From NCBI GenBank assembly GCA_963790245.1, contig CAWBNP010000002.1, positions 1,101,625 through 1,165,624 of the forward strand: 64,000 nt of DNA. The letters are read 5' to 3'. Source of the DNA: an uncultured Thermoleophilaceae bacterium. GTDB taxonomy: Bacteria; Actinomycetota; Thermoleophilia; Solirubrobacterales; Thermoleophilaceae. Numbering within the stretch: the stretch's first letter is position 1; every line of letters starts with the position of its first letter. Positions 1 through 9,617 of the stretch are shown here, piece by piece. The position numbers and the translations under genes were made by a program. Under the pieces are notes generated by a model. That model did not search any database, was not told the origin of the DNA, and saw only the letters and a list, made by a program, of their open reading frames with translations.

Positions 1-485
1 TTTGAAGGGTCGACCGGCCCCTCGTACGGACAACCGAACGCGGTCGCGATCACGGCGCTGCAGCGGAGCCCCTCGCCCTTGACCTGCGGCACCATCCGCT
101 CCAGCGCCTCGATCGACTCCTCGATCGACCGGTTGACGTTTTTCTTGTTGTGGCTCTCGGAGGCGCTGAGGAAGAGCGCCACGTCGTGGAAAAGATCCCT
201 CTGCTCGAGGGCCGTGCGTAGGCCATGCTCGTTGGGAACGAGGACCGAGAGATCGACGCCGGCCGGGACTTCGATGCCTCTCAGGACGGGGATCGCATCG
301 TCGAGTTGGGGAATCACGTCGGGCCGGACAAAACTCGCGACCTCGATCCGGTTGAGGCCGGTCCGGGCCAGTCCATCGATCAGCCGGATCTTGTCCTCGG
401 TGGCGATCCGCTCCGGCTCGTTCTGGAATCCGTCGCGCGGTCCCACCTCGCGGATCCGGACCTGGGCAGGAAGCTCGGGGTTCAT
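1..485 (-). CDS. Hydroxymethylglutaryl-CoA lyase (partial; C-terminus lies beyond the window start)
   Basis: The frame is open to the window edge, so it is absent from the ORF track. My translation of the minus strand from ATG (485-483) reads MNPELPAQVRIREVGPRDGFQNE...IEVASFVRPDVIPQL...LSASESHNKKNVNRS, which is an HMGL-like pyruvate carboxyltransferase signature. The listed + ORFs 79..516 and 225..500 look like antisense shadows. Confidence 0.8.
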   Translation of the reverse strand, partial: MNPELPAQVRIREVGPRDGFQNEPERIATEDKIRLIDGLARTGLNRIEVASFVRPDVIPQLDDAIPVLRGIEVPAGVDLSVLVPNEHGLRTALEQRDLFHDVALFLSASESHNKKNVNRSIEESIEALERMVPQVKGEGLRCSAVIATAFGCPYEGPVDPS

Positions 486-633
486 TCTCTTAGACACTAG
501 AGCCGCTTCGATTTGAACATGGGCGACCGGATCGGTGCCCCGCGGCGGTGGACGACTATCCGCCGGCAGCGTCAGTGGTGCGCGGCCAGTTCACGAATCT
601 GCACGTACTCCTCGACCGAGCCGGGCCGCGCGC

Positions 634-1041
634 TCATCCGGGGCCTCGCTCGACGCGTGTCGCGCCCTCGGCGGGCTGCATCCACGGCTGGGCCGAACTG
701 CCCCACACCTCGACCTGCGGCGCGAGCCAGGAGGTGTCCTCGAGCGTGCCCGCCTTGATGAACACGAGGCCGGGCATCTCGGGCAGCGTCGTCATTATCG
801 GAGAGCCGCAGTTCGAGCAGAAACTCCGCTGCGCGGGGGTCCCGCGATCCTCACCGACGGTCTCGAACGAGGACAACGAGTCGCCCGAGACCCTGAACGC
901 GGGCTTCGGGACGCCGACCAAAATCGAGCCGACCGAGCCCGTCGAGCGCTGGCAGTCGGTGCAGTGACAGAACGCCTGCATCGCCGGGTCGCCGTCGGCC
1001 TCGTAGGTGACCTGCCCGCACAAGCAATGGCCCTTGATCAC
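634..1041 (-). CDS. GFA/CENP-V family (glutathione-dependent formaldehyde-activating-like) zinc protein
   Basis: Cys pattern GHCLCG...CHCTDCQ...CSNCGSP. I trimmed ORF 634..1140 to GTG at 1041, which is preceded by GGAAGGGAG. Confidence 0.7.
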   Translation of the reverse strand: MIKGHCLCGQVTYEADGDPAMQAFCHCTDCQRSTGSVGSILVGVPKPAFRVSGDSLSSFETVGEDRGTPAQRSFCSNCGSPIMTTLPEMPGLVFIKAGTLEDTSWLAPQVEVWGSSAQPWMQPAEGATRVERGPG

Positions 1042-1206
1042 GGCATCTCCCTTCCTAGCCAGCCCCGATAGAAGCCTTCCATGTCGGGAAACATACCCGT
1101 GCGCGCCCGGGTAGCACGGCCGCTCGCCGAACGGCGTCACGAGAAGGAGTGGTCTCGTGCCCCGTGCCCACGCGCTAAGGTCGCGGCCCCTACGGAGAGG
1201 ATCCGG

Positions 1207-2334
1207 ATGCGCGTTCAGGGCCTGCTTGACACAGCCGTTGAAGGCGGGGCGATTCCGGGCCTCGTGGCGGTCACTGCGACGGCCGACGGCGTCGGTGAGG
1301 TCACCGCTGCCGGGCTCGCCGAGGACACGGTCTTTCGTTACGCCTCGATGACGAAGCTGATCACGACGGTCGCGGTCATGCAGCTCGTCGAGCGCGGCGA
1401 GCTGGGCCTCGACCAGGAGGTCGCTTCGGTACTGCCGGAGTTCGCCGACCTCCAGGTGCTCGCCTCCTTTGACGGCGACGAACCGCTACTGCGCGCCCCG
1501 GCGAGCGCAGCGACGGTCGGCCAGCTGCTCAACCATACGGCGGGCTGTAGCTATTTCTTCAGCAACGAGTCGTTGCGGCGCTACAGCGAAATCACCCGTG
1601 CTCCCAACATCCTCACCGGCCTGCGCGAAAGCGTGATGGCGCCGCTGGTCGCCGATCCGGGCACGATCTGGGAGTACGGGTGCAATACCGACTGGGCCGG
1701 CTTCCTGGTCGAGCGGCTGGCGGGCTCAGATCTCGAGGCCTATCTGAGCGCCAACGTCTTCGAGCCGCTCGGCCTCGGCTCGATGACGTTCGCGCCAACC
1801 TCCGCACAGCGCGAACAGATGATCCCGATCCACCACCGTGCCGAGGATGGATCGGCGCTCGCCGGTGAGCTGGAACTGCCAAACCCGCCGGAGTTCTGGC
1901 CCGGTGGCCATGGCCTGCACGGAACGGCCGCGGACTACGGCCGCTTCATGTCCGCGCTGCTCGCGGGCGGTGAAGGCGTGCTCGAACCGGCGACCATCGA
2001 GCTGATGTTCACCGACACGCTCGGCGACATCGAGCTACCGGGCCTGATCCGGTCCGCTGACCCCGCCATCAGCAACGACATTCCCTCGTTACCGGTCCCC
2101 CAGGGCTGGGGGCTCGGCGTCCACCTGACGCTCGCCGACCTGCCGGGCATGCGCCGCGCCGGGACCGGCGACTGGGCCGGGCTGTTCAACAGCTACTACT
2201 GGATCGACAGGGCGAGCGGAGTAGCAGGGGCGATCTTCACGCAGTTGCTGCCGTTCTTCGACCAGCGCGTCATCGCGGCCGCGATCGGGTTCGAGCAGGC
2301 CGTCTACGAAGCGATCGCTGTCGCCGACCGCTGA
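1207..2334 (+). CDS. Serine hydrolase, class C beta-lactamase/esterase family
   Basis: SxxK motif (YASMTKLIT) near the N-terminus and a beta-lactamase-like length. I chose ATG 1207 (after GGAGAGG) inside ORF 1081..2334. Confidence 0.8.
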   Translation: MRVQGLLDTAVEGGAIPGLVAVTATADGVGEVTAAGLAEDTVFRYASMTKLITTVAVMQLVERGELGLDQEVASVLPEFADLQVLASFDGDEPLLRAPASAATVGQLLNHTAGCSYFFSNESLRRYSEITRAPNILTGLRESVMAPLVADPGTIWEYGCNTDWAGFLVERLAGSDLEAYLSANVFEPLGLGSMTFAPTSAQREQMIPIHHRAEDGSALAGELELPNPPEFWPGGHGLHGTAADYGRFMSALLAGGEGVLEPATIELMFTDTLGDIELPGLIRSADPAISNDIPSLPVPQGWGLGVHLTLADLPGMRRAGTGDWAGLFNSYYWIDRASGVAGAIFTQLLPFFDQRVIAAAIGFEQAVYEAIAVADR

Positions 2335-2538
2335 CCGGATCCGACCGTTGCGGCAGGTGACCGCCTCGGAGGAAGTGCAGTACCGCCGGATCGTCGAGGG
2401 CCCGGACTCCCGGAGCGCTCGGCGCGCGGGGTCCTCAGGCCGGAGCTTCTCCTTGCAGAGCGCTCGGACCTCGGCAACGTCGGGCCCGACCGCACCTGAT
2501 AGACCACGGCCACCAATCGAAGCGAGGAGGAGAGCCGT

Positions 2539-3579
2539 ATGTCTGAGGTCAACCAGCGTCTGTTGCTACGCACCCGGCCGACGGGTCGCGTCACGCTCGA
2601 GAACTTCGAGGTCCAGGAGACGCCGGTGCCCGACCCCGATCAGGGCGAGGCGATCCTGCGAACGCTCTACCTCTCGCTCGACCCGACCAACCGGATCTGG
2701 ATGGCCCAGGACTCCTACCTGCCGCGGGTGGCCGAGGGGGCGGTGATGCGGGGGATGGGCATCGCCCAGGTCGTCGCCTCCAACGACGACCGCTTTGAAG
2801 TCGGGGACCTCGCGATGGGCGCCTGCGGCTGGCAGGACTACTCCTCCTCGAAGGACGCCGAGGTCCCCTGGACTCCCCTCCCCCGCGGGCTGCCGATCCC
2901 GATTAGCACGATGCTCGGAGCACTCGGTGTCACCGGCCTCACCGCGTATTTCGGGATGACCGACGTCGCCAGGGCCCAAGCCGGTGAGACGGTCGTCGTT
3001 TCCGCGGCCGCGGGCGCGGTCGGCTCGATCGCCGGACAGATCGGCAAGGCACTCGGATGCCGCGTAGTCGGGCTTGCGGGCACCGCGGACAAGTGCGCGT
3101 GGCTGACCGACGAGCTCGGCTTCGATGCGGCCGTCTGTTACAAGGACGACGACTGGCGCGAACAGCTCGTCGCGGCCTGCCCGGACGGGGTCGACGTCAA
3201 CTTCGAGAACGTCGGCGGCGAGATCATGGAGCAGCTGCTCGGGATGCTGAATATCGGCGCACGGGTCGCGGTCTGCGGAATGATTTCGGCTTACAACGAA
3301 GACGTACCGCCCCCGGGGCCGCGCAACCTCGCGAACCTGATCTTCAAGCGCGCGACGATGCAGGGGTTCCTGGTGCTCGACTACCTCGACCGCAGTGATG
3401 AGGCGCTCACGCAGATGCTGCCCTGGTTGTCTGAGGGCAAGATCCGGGGGGAGGAGACGATCGTCGAGGGCGCCATCAGAGACGCGCCGGAGACACTCAA
3501 CATGCTCTTCGACGGGACCAACCGGGGCAAGCTGCTGCTCAAGGTCGCTGATCCGCCGCTCGAGGTCCCGACGGCCTGA
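2539..3579 (+). CDS. NADP-dependent oxidoreductase, medium-chain dehydrogenase/reductase (YncB/alkenal reductase-like)
   Basis: 346 aa, Gly-rich cofactor loop VSAAAGAVGSIAGQIGK, strong RBS GAGGAGGAG upstream of the ATG. Confidence 0.8.
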   Translation: MSEVNQRLLLRTRPTGRVTLENFEVQETPVPDPDQGEAILRTLYLSLDPTNRIWMAQDSYLPRVAEGAVMRGMGIAQVVASNDDRFEVGDLAMGACGWQDYSSSKDAEVPWTPLPRGLPIPISTMLGALGVTGLTAYFGMTDVARAQAGETVVVSAAAGAVGSIAGQIGKALGCRVVGLAGTADKCAWLTDELGFDAAVCYKDDDWREQLVAACPDGVDVNFENVGGEIMEQLLGMLNIGARVAVCGMISAYNEDVPPPGPRNLANLIFKRATMQGFLVLDYLDRSDEALTQMLPWLSEGKIRGEETIVEGAIRDAPETLNMLFDGTNRGKLLLKVADPPLEVPTA

Positions 3580-3757
3580 GCACCGGCTCGTCCAAGGCGG
3601 CCACACAGGTCGGCGCACAGATCAGTTCCGGCTGCCTTTCGGTGACCGCGGAACACCTGCACCGCGGTTGCGTGAGGCCCCTCACACACACCCGCCGCCC
3701 CGCTGTCAGGCTTCATCTGAGGCCACTAACAAACCGTAAGTGGCAGAAAGGACAAGC

Positions 3758-4003
3758 ATGCCGACCACGTCCCGCACGCCCCGTCGCCTTGGCGACCTGG
3801 ACCTGTCTAAAACGATTATCTCCGAGGACGTCGTCGCAGTCCGCGAGGACGGCGGTCGCTACACGATCTACTCGTATTCCCAGGGCGGAGCGGAGCTGAC
3901 CGAACTCGCTCGCGACGTCAAGGCTGCCGAGGCGCTCCACGTGCTCGACGAGATCGACGTTCTCGACCTGTTGCCGGCGGAGGCTCAAGCGCTCGCCGCC
4001 TGA
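3758..4003 (+). CDS. Small hypothetical protein
   Basis: High GC3 ORF (track 3740..4003) with an internal ATG at 3758. No recognisable motif. Confidence 0.35.
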   Translation: MPTTSRTPRRLGDLDLSKTIISEDVVAVREDGGRYTIYSYSQGGAELTELARDVKAAEALHVLDEIDVLDLLPAEAQALAA

Positions 4004-4031
4004 GCCATGTAGGTAGGTTTCGAGCCGGCCG

Positions 4032-4913
4032 ATGCAGCTCGAGGGAATCCACCACATCACGGCGATCACCGGTGACGCACCGGCCAACGTCGACTTCTAC
4101 GTGGGGGTTCTCGGGCTGCGGATGGTCAAGAAGACGGTCAACCAAGACGACCCGACCGTCTACCACCTCTTTTACGCCGACGAACGCGGGTCGCCCGGTG
4201 CGGACCTGACTTTCTTCGAGTACCCGGGCGCCCGGCCCGGACGCACCGGTGACGGGATGGTCCACAGGATCGTCTCGCGCGTTGGATCGACCGCGGCGCT
4301 CGACTTCTGGGAGGCGCGCCTGGAGGGCAGCGAGCGCAGCGAGGCGGGCCTCCGCTTCAGCGACCCGGAAGGGCTCGACCACGAGCTGGTGGTTTCAGAC
4401 AGCTCCGACCCTCCATTGACCGCGAAAGCTCCCGACATCCCGGAGGAGTTCGCGCTCCAGGGCTTCGAGGGCGTGCGAGCGTTCGCCTCGAACCCCTCGG
4501 CCAGTCGCCCGTTGCTCGAGCAGACGCTCGGATTCGAGGGGGATGAGCTGCGTGGGGAACTACGCGGCGGTCGCTACTCCTACGACCCGCCGCCCGAGGT
4601 CGACCCGATCCCCGGCGCCGGGACGGTCCACCACGTCGCGTTCGCCTCCTACATCGATGACCAGGACGGCTGGCAGCAGCGCGTCGCGGACGCCGGCGCG
4701 CCAGTGACGCCCGTCATCGACCGGTTCTACTTCCGCTCGATCTACTTCCGCGAACCGAGCGGCGTCCTGTTCGAGATCGCCACGATGGGGCCCGGATTCG
4801 GCGCCGACGAGGATCCCGAGCACCTCGGCGAGCGGCTGTCGCTGCCGCCGAAGTTCGAGTCGCGCCGCGAGGAGCTCGAGCGGACACTCACGCCGCTGCC
4901 GAATCGGCGATGA
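4032..4913 (+). CDS. VOC/glyoxalase-family ring-cleaving dioxygenase-like protein (two-domain)
   Basis: The N-terminus GIHHITAITGDAPANVDFYVGVLGLRMVKKTVNQDD...HLFY is typical of the MhqO/YkcA-type glyoxalase/dioxygenase family. Confidence 0.75.
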   Translation: MQLEGIHHITAITGDAPANVDFYVGVLGLRMVKKTVNQDDPTVYHLFYADERGSPGADLTFFEYPGARPGRTGDGMVHRIVSRVGSTAALDFWEARLEGSERSEAGLRFSDPEGLDHELVVSDSSDPPLTAKAPDIPEEFALQGFEGVRAFASNPSASRPLLEQTLGFEGDELRGELRGGRYSYDPPPEVDPIPGAGTVHHVAFASYIDDQDGWQQRVADAGAPVTPVIDRFYFRSIYFREPSGVLFEIATMGPGFGADEDPEHLGERLSLPPKFESRREELERTLTPLPNRR

Positions 4914-5752
4914 TCCGGCCGATGGCGGGTGGCCAGACAGTGGCGGGGCGGACCTGCGTCGTGACCGGCGCGGGGTCGGGCATCGGTCGTGCGCTGGCCC
5001 AGCGTCTCGCGGGCCAGGACTGCCCGGTGGCGATCTGTGACTGGGACGAGGACGGGCTGCGCGACACCGAGGCGACGATCGCCGGCCCTGTGCTCGCCCA
5101 GAAGCTCGACGTCCGCGACCGCGGCGCGCAGATGGCGTTCGCGAGCGAGGTCGCCGAGTGGGCGCCCGAACCGTTCGGCATGGTCGTCGCCAACGCCGGG
5201 GTGACGGTCTCCCAACTGGCCGCCGAGGCCGCCCCGGAGGACGACGAGTGGGTGATGGACGTCAACTTCTGGGGCGTGGTCCACGGCACGCGCGCGTTTC
5301 TGCCGATCCTGCTCGAGCAGGGCAGCGGGGCGATTGTCAACATCTCGAGCGTCTTCGGCCTGATCGGCTTTCCGTCACAGAGCGCCTACTGCGCCTCCAA
5401 GCACGCCGTTCGCGGCTACACCGAGTCGCTGCGCCATGAGCTGCGGGGCTCCGGCGTCACCGCGGTCGCGGTCCACCCCGGCGGAATCCAGACCAACATC
5501 GTGCGCCATTCGCGCTTTCACAAGGACGATCAGGGCAACACCGACCGGACGGTGCTGGAGCGCGAGTTCGACAACATCGCGCGGACGTCTCCCGCGAAGG
5601 CCGCCAAGACGATCCAGGACGGAGTCGAGAAGGGCAAGGGCCGGATCCTGATCGGCCCGGACGCGGCGATGCTGGCGGGGCTGCTCAGGATGGCCCCGGT
5701 CAGCTACTACAGCGTCATGAAGAGGCTCGAGCCGTTCGTTCGACGTAGCTGA
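4910..5752 (+). CDS. SDR family oxidoreductase
   Basis: TGAGSGIG cofactor motif and S...YxxxK (YCASK). The ATG overlaps the upstream stop (ATGA). Confidence 0.85.
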   Translation: MIRPMAGGQTVAGRTCVVTGAGSGIGRALAQRLAGQDCPVAICDWDEDGLRDTEATIAGPVLAQKLDVRDRGAQMAFASEVAEWAPEPFGMVVANAGVTVSQLAAEAAPEDDEWVMDVNFWGVVHGTRAFLPILLEQGSGAIVNISSVFGLIGFPSQSAYCASKHAVRGYTESLRHELRGSGVTAVAVHPGGIQTNIVRHSRFHKDDQGNTDRTVLEREFDNIARTSPAKAAKTIQDGVEKGKGRILIGPDAAMLAGLLRMAPVSYYSVMKRLEPFVRRS

Positions 5753-5778
5753 GGCCTGGCGCAGCGAGTTTCGTGCCC

Positions 5779-6648
5779 TTAGCCGATCTCGGCGAGGCCG
5801 TCCTTGATCGCGAGGTGGCCCGAGTCGGTGCTGGTCTGGAACGCTAGGCGACGGTCGTCGGCGCGCCAGATCGTGGTCGCGATCTGCTCGTGCGGCTGGA
5901 CGATCCCCGAGAAGCGGACGGCGAGCCGTCGCAGGCGGGTCGGATCATCAGCGCAGCCCTTCTCGATCACGGCGCGTGAGCAGAAGGCCATCGTGCACAG
6001 CCCGTGGACGATGATCCCCGGCAGCCCGACGGACTTGGCGAACTCGTCGTCGGTGTGGATCGGCATCGGGTCGCCCGACGCGGCCGCGTAACGGTGGGTC
6101 TGATCGCTGTCGAACCGCTGCTCAACGAAGGCCAGCGGTTCCTCGCCGTGCTCGATGCTGTGCTCCGGCGCGGCTTCTCCGGCTGATTCGGCCAGCTCCG
6201 CTCCGCGGAAGAACGCGGTCATGTACTGCTCGACCGCCAGGTCTCCTCCGGGCGTGCGCGTCTCGACCTTGACGATCGCCGTCGCACCTGAGCTGCGCGC
6301 GTGCGCGCCGACCACCGCCGAGCGCGTCTCCAGGATGTCGCCGGGGACGATCGGGCGGTGGTAGAAGAAGTCTTGTTCGCCGTGGACGACGGTCATCAGG
6401 ATCTCGGGCGGAACGACCGCACCGACGGCGGTCGCGAAGGACTGGAAGGCCGGGACGACGGCGAACACCGGCGGAGCCAGGTCACCCGAGCGGTGCGCGG
6501 GCAACTCGTCGTTGGTCGCCTCCGCGTAGGCGACGATTCGCTCGCGCTCGACCTCGAAGGTACTCGTCTCCCCCCACTCTCCGACCTTGTCCAGCGCCCA
6601 GACCGGACCAGTGGCGGCGCCCACTAGGCCCCACCGGGGCCATGCCAT
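5779..6648 (-). CDS. MaoC-like (R)-specific enoyl-CoA hydratase/dehydratase, fused double hot-dog
   Basis: 289 aa with two hot-dog halves. The C-terminal half carries the MaoC motif (PIHTDDEFAKSVGLPGIIVHG). Confidence 0.75.
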   Translation of the reverse strand: MAWPRWGLVGAATGPVWALDKVGEWGETSTFEVERERIVAYAEATNDELPAHRSGDLAPPVFAVVPAFQSFATAVGAVVPPEILMTVVHGEQDFFYHRPIVPGDILETRSAVVGAHARSSGATAIVKVETRTPGGDLAVEQYMTAFFRGAELAESAGEAAPEHSIEHGEEPLAFVEQRFDSDQTHRYAAASGDPMPIHTDDEFAKSVGLPGIIVHGLCTMAFCSRAVIEKGCADDPTRLRRLAVRFSGIVQPHEQIATTIWRADDRRLAFQTSTDSGHLAIKDGLAEIG

Positions 6649-6680
6649 GCGGCGATCTGTCTATCGAAGCGTGTCATCGG

Positions 6681-7847
6681 CTAGAGCCCCATCCCCCGGC
6701 CGATCAGCTCCTTCATGATCTCGGTCGTCCCGCCGTAGATGCGCGTGATGCGCGCGTCGACCCATGCGCGTGAGATCGAGTACTCCGTCGTGTAGCCGTA
6801 GCCGCCGTGGAGCTGGAGGCACCGGTCGGCGATCCGTCCGAGCATCTCGGTCGTCCACCACTTCGCCATCGCCGCCTGCTCGATCGAGAGCTCGCCCTCG
6901 ACATGCGCGGCTATGCACTGGTCGACGAACGTCCGCACGATCGTCAGCTCAGTCTTCATCTCGGCCATGGCGAAGCGCGAGTTCTGGAAGCTGCCGATCG
7001 GCCGGCCGAAGGCGGTCCGTTCCTTGACGTACTCGAGCGTCGTGTCGAACGCCGCCTCCGCCCCGGCCATCGCCGCGACGGCGATGATCATCCGCTCGGG
7101 GACGAGCTTGTCCATCAGCTGGAAGAAGCCGGTTCCCTCCTCACCGAGCAGATTCTCGGCTGGCACCTCGACGTCGTCGAAGAACAGCTCCGCGGTGTCC
7201 GAGGCGTGCTGACCGATCTTCTCGATCTGCTTGCCGCGGGAGAAGCCGGGCGAGTCCGCGTCGACCACGATCAGCGACATGCCGGCGTGGGCCGCATCCG
7301 GATCGGTCTTGGCGACGACGATCACGTGGTCGCAATTGATCCCGTTGGTGATGAACGTCTTCGAGCCGTTGACGATGTAGGAGCCGCCCTCGCGTCGTGC
7401 GCGGGTCTTGACGCCGTTGAGGTCGGAGCCGGTCCCGGGCTCGGTCATCGCGATCGCCCAAATCGCCTCGCCCGTCGCGATCGGCGGCAGCCAGCGCGCC
7501 TTCTGCTCGTCGGTCCCGGCGCTCATCAGGTAGGGGACGCAGAGGTCGGTCGTCAGCGACGGGTTCGAGAACGCCGCCCCCATATGCGAGCGGACCGCCT
7601 CCTCGGTGAGCACGACGTTGAAGCGCCAGTCGTCGATCCCGGGACCGCCGAACTCTTCGGGGATCGCCATCCCCATGAACCCGTACTCGGCCGCCTTGAC
7701 CGACAGCTCGCGGGGGACGAGCCCGGCCGAATCCCATTCGTCGAAGTGCGGGGCGATCTGATCGGCGATGAACCGCCGGAAGCTCTCGCGGTAGTCCTCG
7801 TGCTCAGGCTCGAAGATGCTGCGCTTGGGGGCGGTCACGGTGCTCAT
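6681..7847 (-). CDS. Acyl-CoA dehydrogenase
   Basis: 388 aa with ACAD signatures (AMTEPGTGSD, QLHGGYGYTTEYSISRAWVDARITRIYGGTTEIM). Confidence 0.9.
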   Translation of the reverse strand: MSTVTAPKRSIFEPEHEDYRESFRRFIADQIAPHFDEWDSAGLVPRELSVKAAEYGFMGMAIPEEFGGPGIDDWRFNVVLTEEAVRSHMGAAFSNPSLTTDLCVPYLMSAGTDEQKARWLPPIATGEAIWAIAMTEPGTGSDLNGVKTRARREGGSYIVNGSKTFITNGINCDHVIVVAKTDPDAAHAGMSLIVVDADSPGFSRGKQIEKIGQHASDTAELFFDDVEVPAENLLGEEGTGFFQLMDKLVPERMIIAVAAMAGAEAAFDTTLEYVKERTAFGRPIGSFQNSRFAMAEMKTELTIVRTFVDQCIAAHVEGELSIEQAAMAKWWTTEMLGRIADRCLQLHGGYGYTTEYSISRAWVDARITRIYGGTTEIMKELIGRGMGL

Positions 7848-7934
7848 CGGCTGGCTTTGTCCTCTCGGGTCGATCGGTCGGGCCAGCGCAAGATACCGAA
7901 CAGTTGCTTGGAAACGGGTCCCGCACGCCCCGCC

Positions 7935-7987
7935 GCCACCGTTCTTACCTTTTCGTTCTCACGGGACGAAAAGGTAAGAACGGTGGC
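7935..7987. repeat. Perfect 22-bp inverted repeat/hairpin with a 9-nt loop in a divergent intergenic region
   Basis: GCCACCGTTCTTACCTTTTCGT (7935-7956), loop TCTCACGGG, then ACGAAAAGGTAAGAACGGTGGC (7966-7987). I checked the arms base by base. They are clearly lower in GC than the surrounding sequence. Confidence 0.9.
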
Positions 7988-8140
7988 CGGGACGACCTGC
8001 GTCGGGTGCGCGGTTCGGCTGGGCGTGGGACGCTGTGGTGGTGAGCGTCTGAGCAGCCTCGACCGTCGGGCCGGCCCACCGGGGAAGGGCTGGACCCGGG
8101 CCTCCCGGGCCCGTTCCCGGTCGGGCGCTATGCAGGTGAG

Positions 8141-9373
8141 TTGCGCGACTTCATGCGCGCTCGCGCACGCGTGCTCGTGCTAGGCGAGGTGAGCGGCTTC
8201 CGACGGGCGCGGGCGAGCTCGTACTTCGAGTTGCGGGACGCGGCAGGGGCGATCCCGTGCTCGATCTGGAACTCCGACCTCGACCGCCTCGCGATCGACG
8301 AGCGGTCGCTGCGCGACGGCGCCGAGGTCGTCGTCGGGGGCGGCCCGGACTACTACCCCGGGAGCGCGACGGCGACGCCGTCGTTCAGCTTCCGCGCGAC
8401 CCACCTGCGGTTCGCCGGCGAGGGCGATCTGCTTGCCCAGCTCGCCCGCCTGCGCCAGCGACTCGAAGCAGACGGACTGTTCGAGCCACAGAAGTTGCTC
8501 CGCCGACCGCTGATCCCGAAGACGATCGGCATCGTCACCGCTCGGGGTAGCGCCGCCTGCTCCGACCTGCTCGCCGGACTCGCCCGCCGGGGCTGGAAAG
8601 GAACGATCGTCTGGGCCGACGCTCCGGTCCAGAACCGCCGCGCCGCACCGGCGATCGCGCAGGCGCTACGCGATCTGGCGGCCCTCGAGGCGGTCGAGGT
8701 CGCAGTCGTCTGCCGCGGCGGTGGCGGCTTGTTCGACCTCTGGGCGTTTTGCGACGAAGCGCTCTGCCGAACGGTTTCCCTACTGCGGCTGCCGGTGATC
8801 AGCGCCGTCGGTCACGAGTCCGACCACACTCTGATCGACGACGTGTCGGCGCTCGCCTGTTCGACTCCCACGCACGCCGCCGAAATGGTCGTCGGTGTTT
8901 CGATTCCGGATGCGGGAGACAGGCTCGCGACCGCCGCCGCCGCCGCCTCGGCGAGCGGCCGCAACGCCGTGAAGATGCGCGGCCGGCGGCTTGTCGAGCT
9001 TGCGGGGGCGCCCGCGCGCACGGTTCGTGCCGAGCGCTCGCGGCTGCACCAGACGCTGCGCGAGGTGCGAGCCTCCGGGCTACGCGGCGTCCGTCAGCAC
9101 CGATCGCTGACCGCTCGCCACGGCCTCGTTCTGACGCGCCGCATCACCGCCGAACGCCAGCGCGGTGTCCCCGTACGCCGGGAGCTGCTCGCCGGGCTCG
9201 AGCTCGCTCTGCGTGCTCACGAGCCTGGTCGCACGCTCCAGCGCGGCTACGCGCTCGTCGAGGACCCGGGAGGCGAACCGATCACCAGCGCAGTGGCTGC
9301 ACGACGCAGAGCTGCCCTGACCATCCGCTTCGCCGACGATGCTGTGAACGTGCGGACCGAACCCGATGACTGA
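8141..9373 (+). CDS. xseA: Exodeoxyribonuclease VII large subunit
   Basis: OB-fold N-terminus (VLVLGEVSGFRRARASSYFELRD) and a catalytic core (VISAVGHESDHTLIDDV). The frame is open upstream to 8045, so the true start may be earlier than TTG 8141. Confidence 0.85.
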   Translation: MRDFMRARARVLVLGEVSGFRRARASSYFELRDAAGAIPCSIWNSDLDRLAIDERSLRDGAEVVVGGGPDYYPGSATATPSFSFRATHLRFAGEGDLLAQLARLRQRLEADGLFEPQKLLRRPLIPKTIGIVTARGSAACSDLLAGLARRGWKGTIVWADAPVQNRRAAPAIAQALRDLAALEAVEVAVVCRGGGGLFDLWAFCDEALCRTVSLLRLPVISAVGHESDHTLIDDVSALACSTPTHAAEMVVGVSIPDAGDRLATAAAAASASGRNAVKMRGRRLVELAGAPARTVRAERSRLHQTLREVRASGLRGVRQHRSLTARHGLVLTRRITAERQRGVPVRRELLAGLELALRAHEPGRTLQRGYALVEDPGGEPITSAVAARRRAALTIRFADDAVNVRTEPDD

Positions 9374-9617
9374 GAACGCCGAGCATCAGACATATGAGTC
9401 GGCCACCGCCAGGCTCGAGGAGATCATCACCCGCCTTGACTCGGGCGAGGCCGAGCTGCGCGAAACGCTTGCGCTCTGCGTCGAGGCAAAGCAGCTGATC
9501 GAGTTCTGCAAACTGGAGCTCGAGGAGGTCTCCGGCGCGCTGACCGAGCTGCGGCTCGACGAGCTCGTCTCTGAACTCGGGCGCCGGACTGATGAGGCCG
9601 ACCGAGAGACCCCTTAG
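9366..9617 (+). CDS. xseB: Exodeoxyribonuclease VII small subunit
   Basis: 83 aa, with YESATARLEEIITRLDSGEAELRETL typical of XseB. It overlaps xseA by 8 nt. Confidence 0.85.
   Translation: MTENAEHQTYESATARLEEIITRLDSGEAELRETLALCVEAKQLIEFCKLELEEVSGALTELRLDELVSELGRRTDEADRETP

Noticed and set aside
2335-2538. A 200-bp gap with an open minus-strand frame (…VGPDVAEVRALCKEKLRPEDPARRALRESGPSTIRRY…), considered as a gene remnant or HTH fragment.
   Set aside because: It has no start codon, no recognisable family motif, and continues as antisense of the esterase gene. Most likely non-coding.
6807-8183. Very long ORFs antisense to, or overlapping, confidently assigned genes. Examples: 6807..8183 +, 12442..14085 +, 13974..15557 +, 15554..17371 +, 20185..21807 -, 20859..22895 +, 22968..24281 -, 24708..26186 -, 26429..28195 -, 29048..30496 -, 29173..30579 +, 56168..57577 -, 56601..57908 -.
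   Set aside because: Their translations are Arg/Pro/Gly/Ala-rich low-complexity sequence, typical of shadow frames in DNA of about 70% GC where stop codons are rare. Each overlaps a frame with clear family motifs and operon-consistent start/stop junctions. I see no evidence for overprinted genes.
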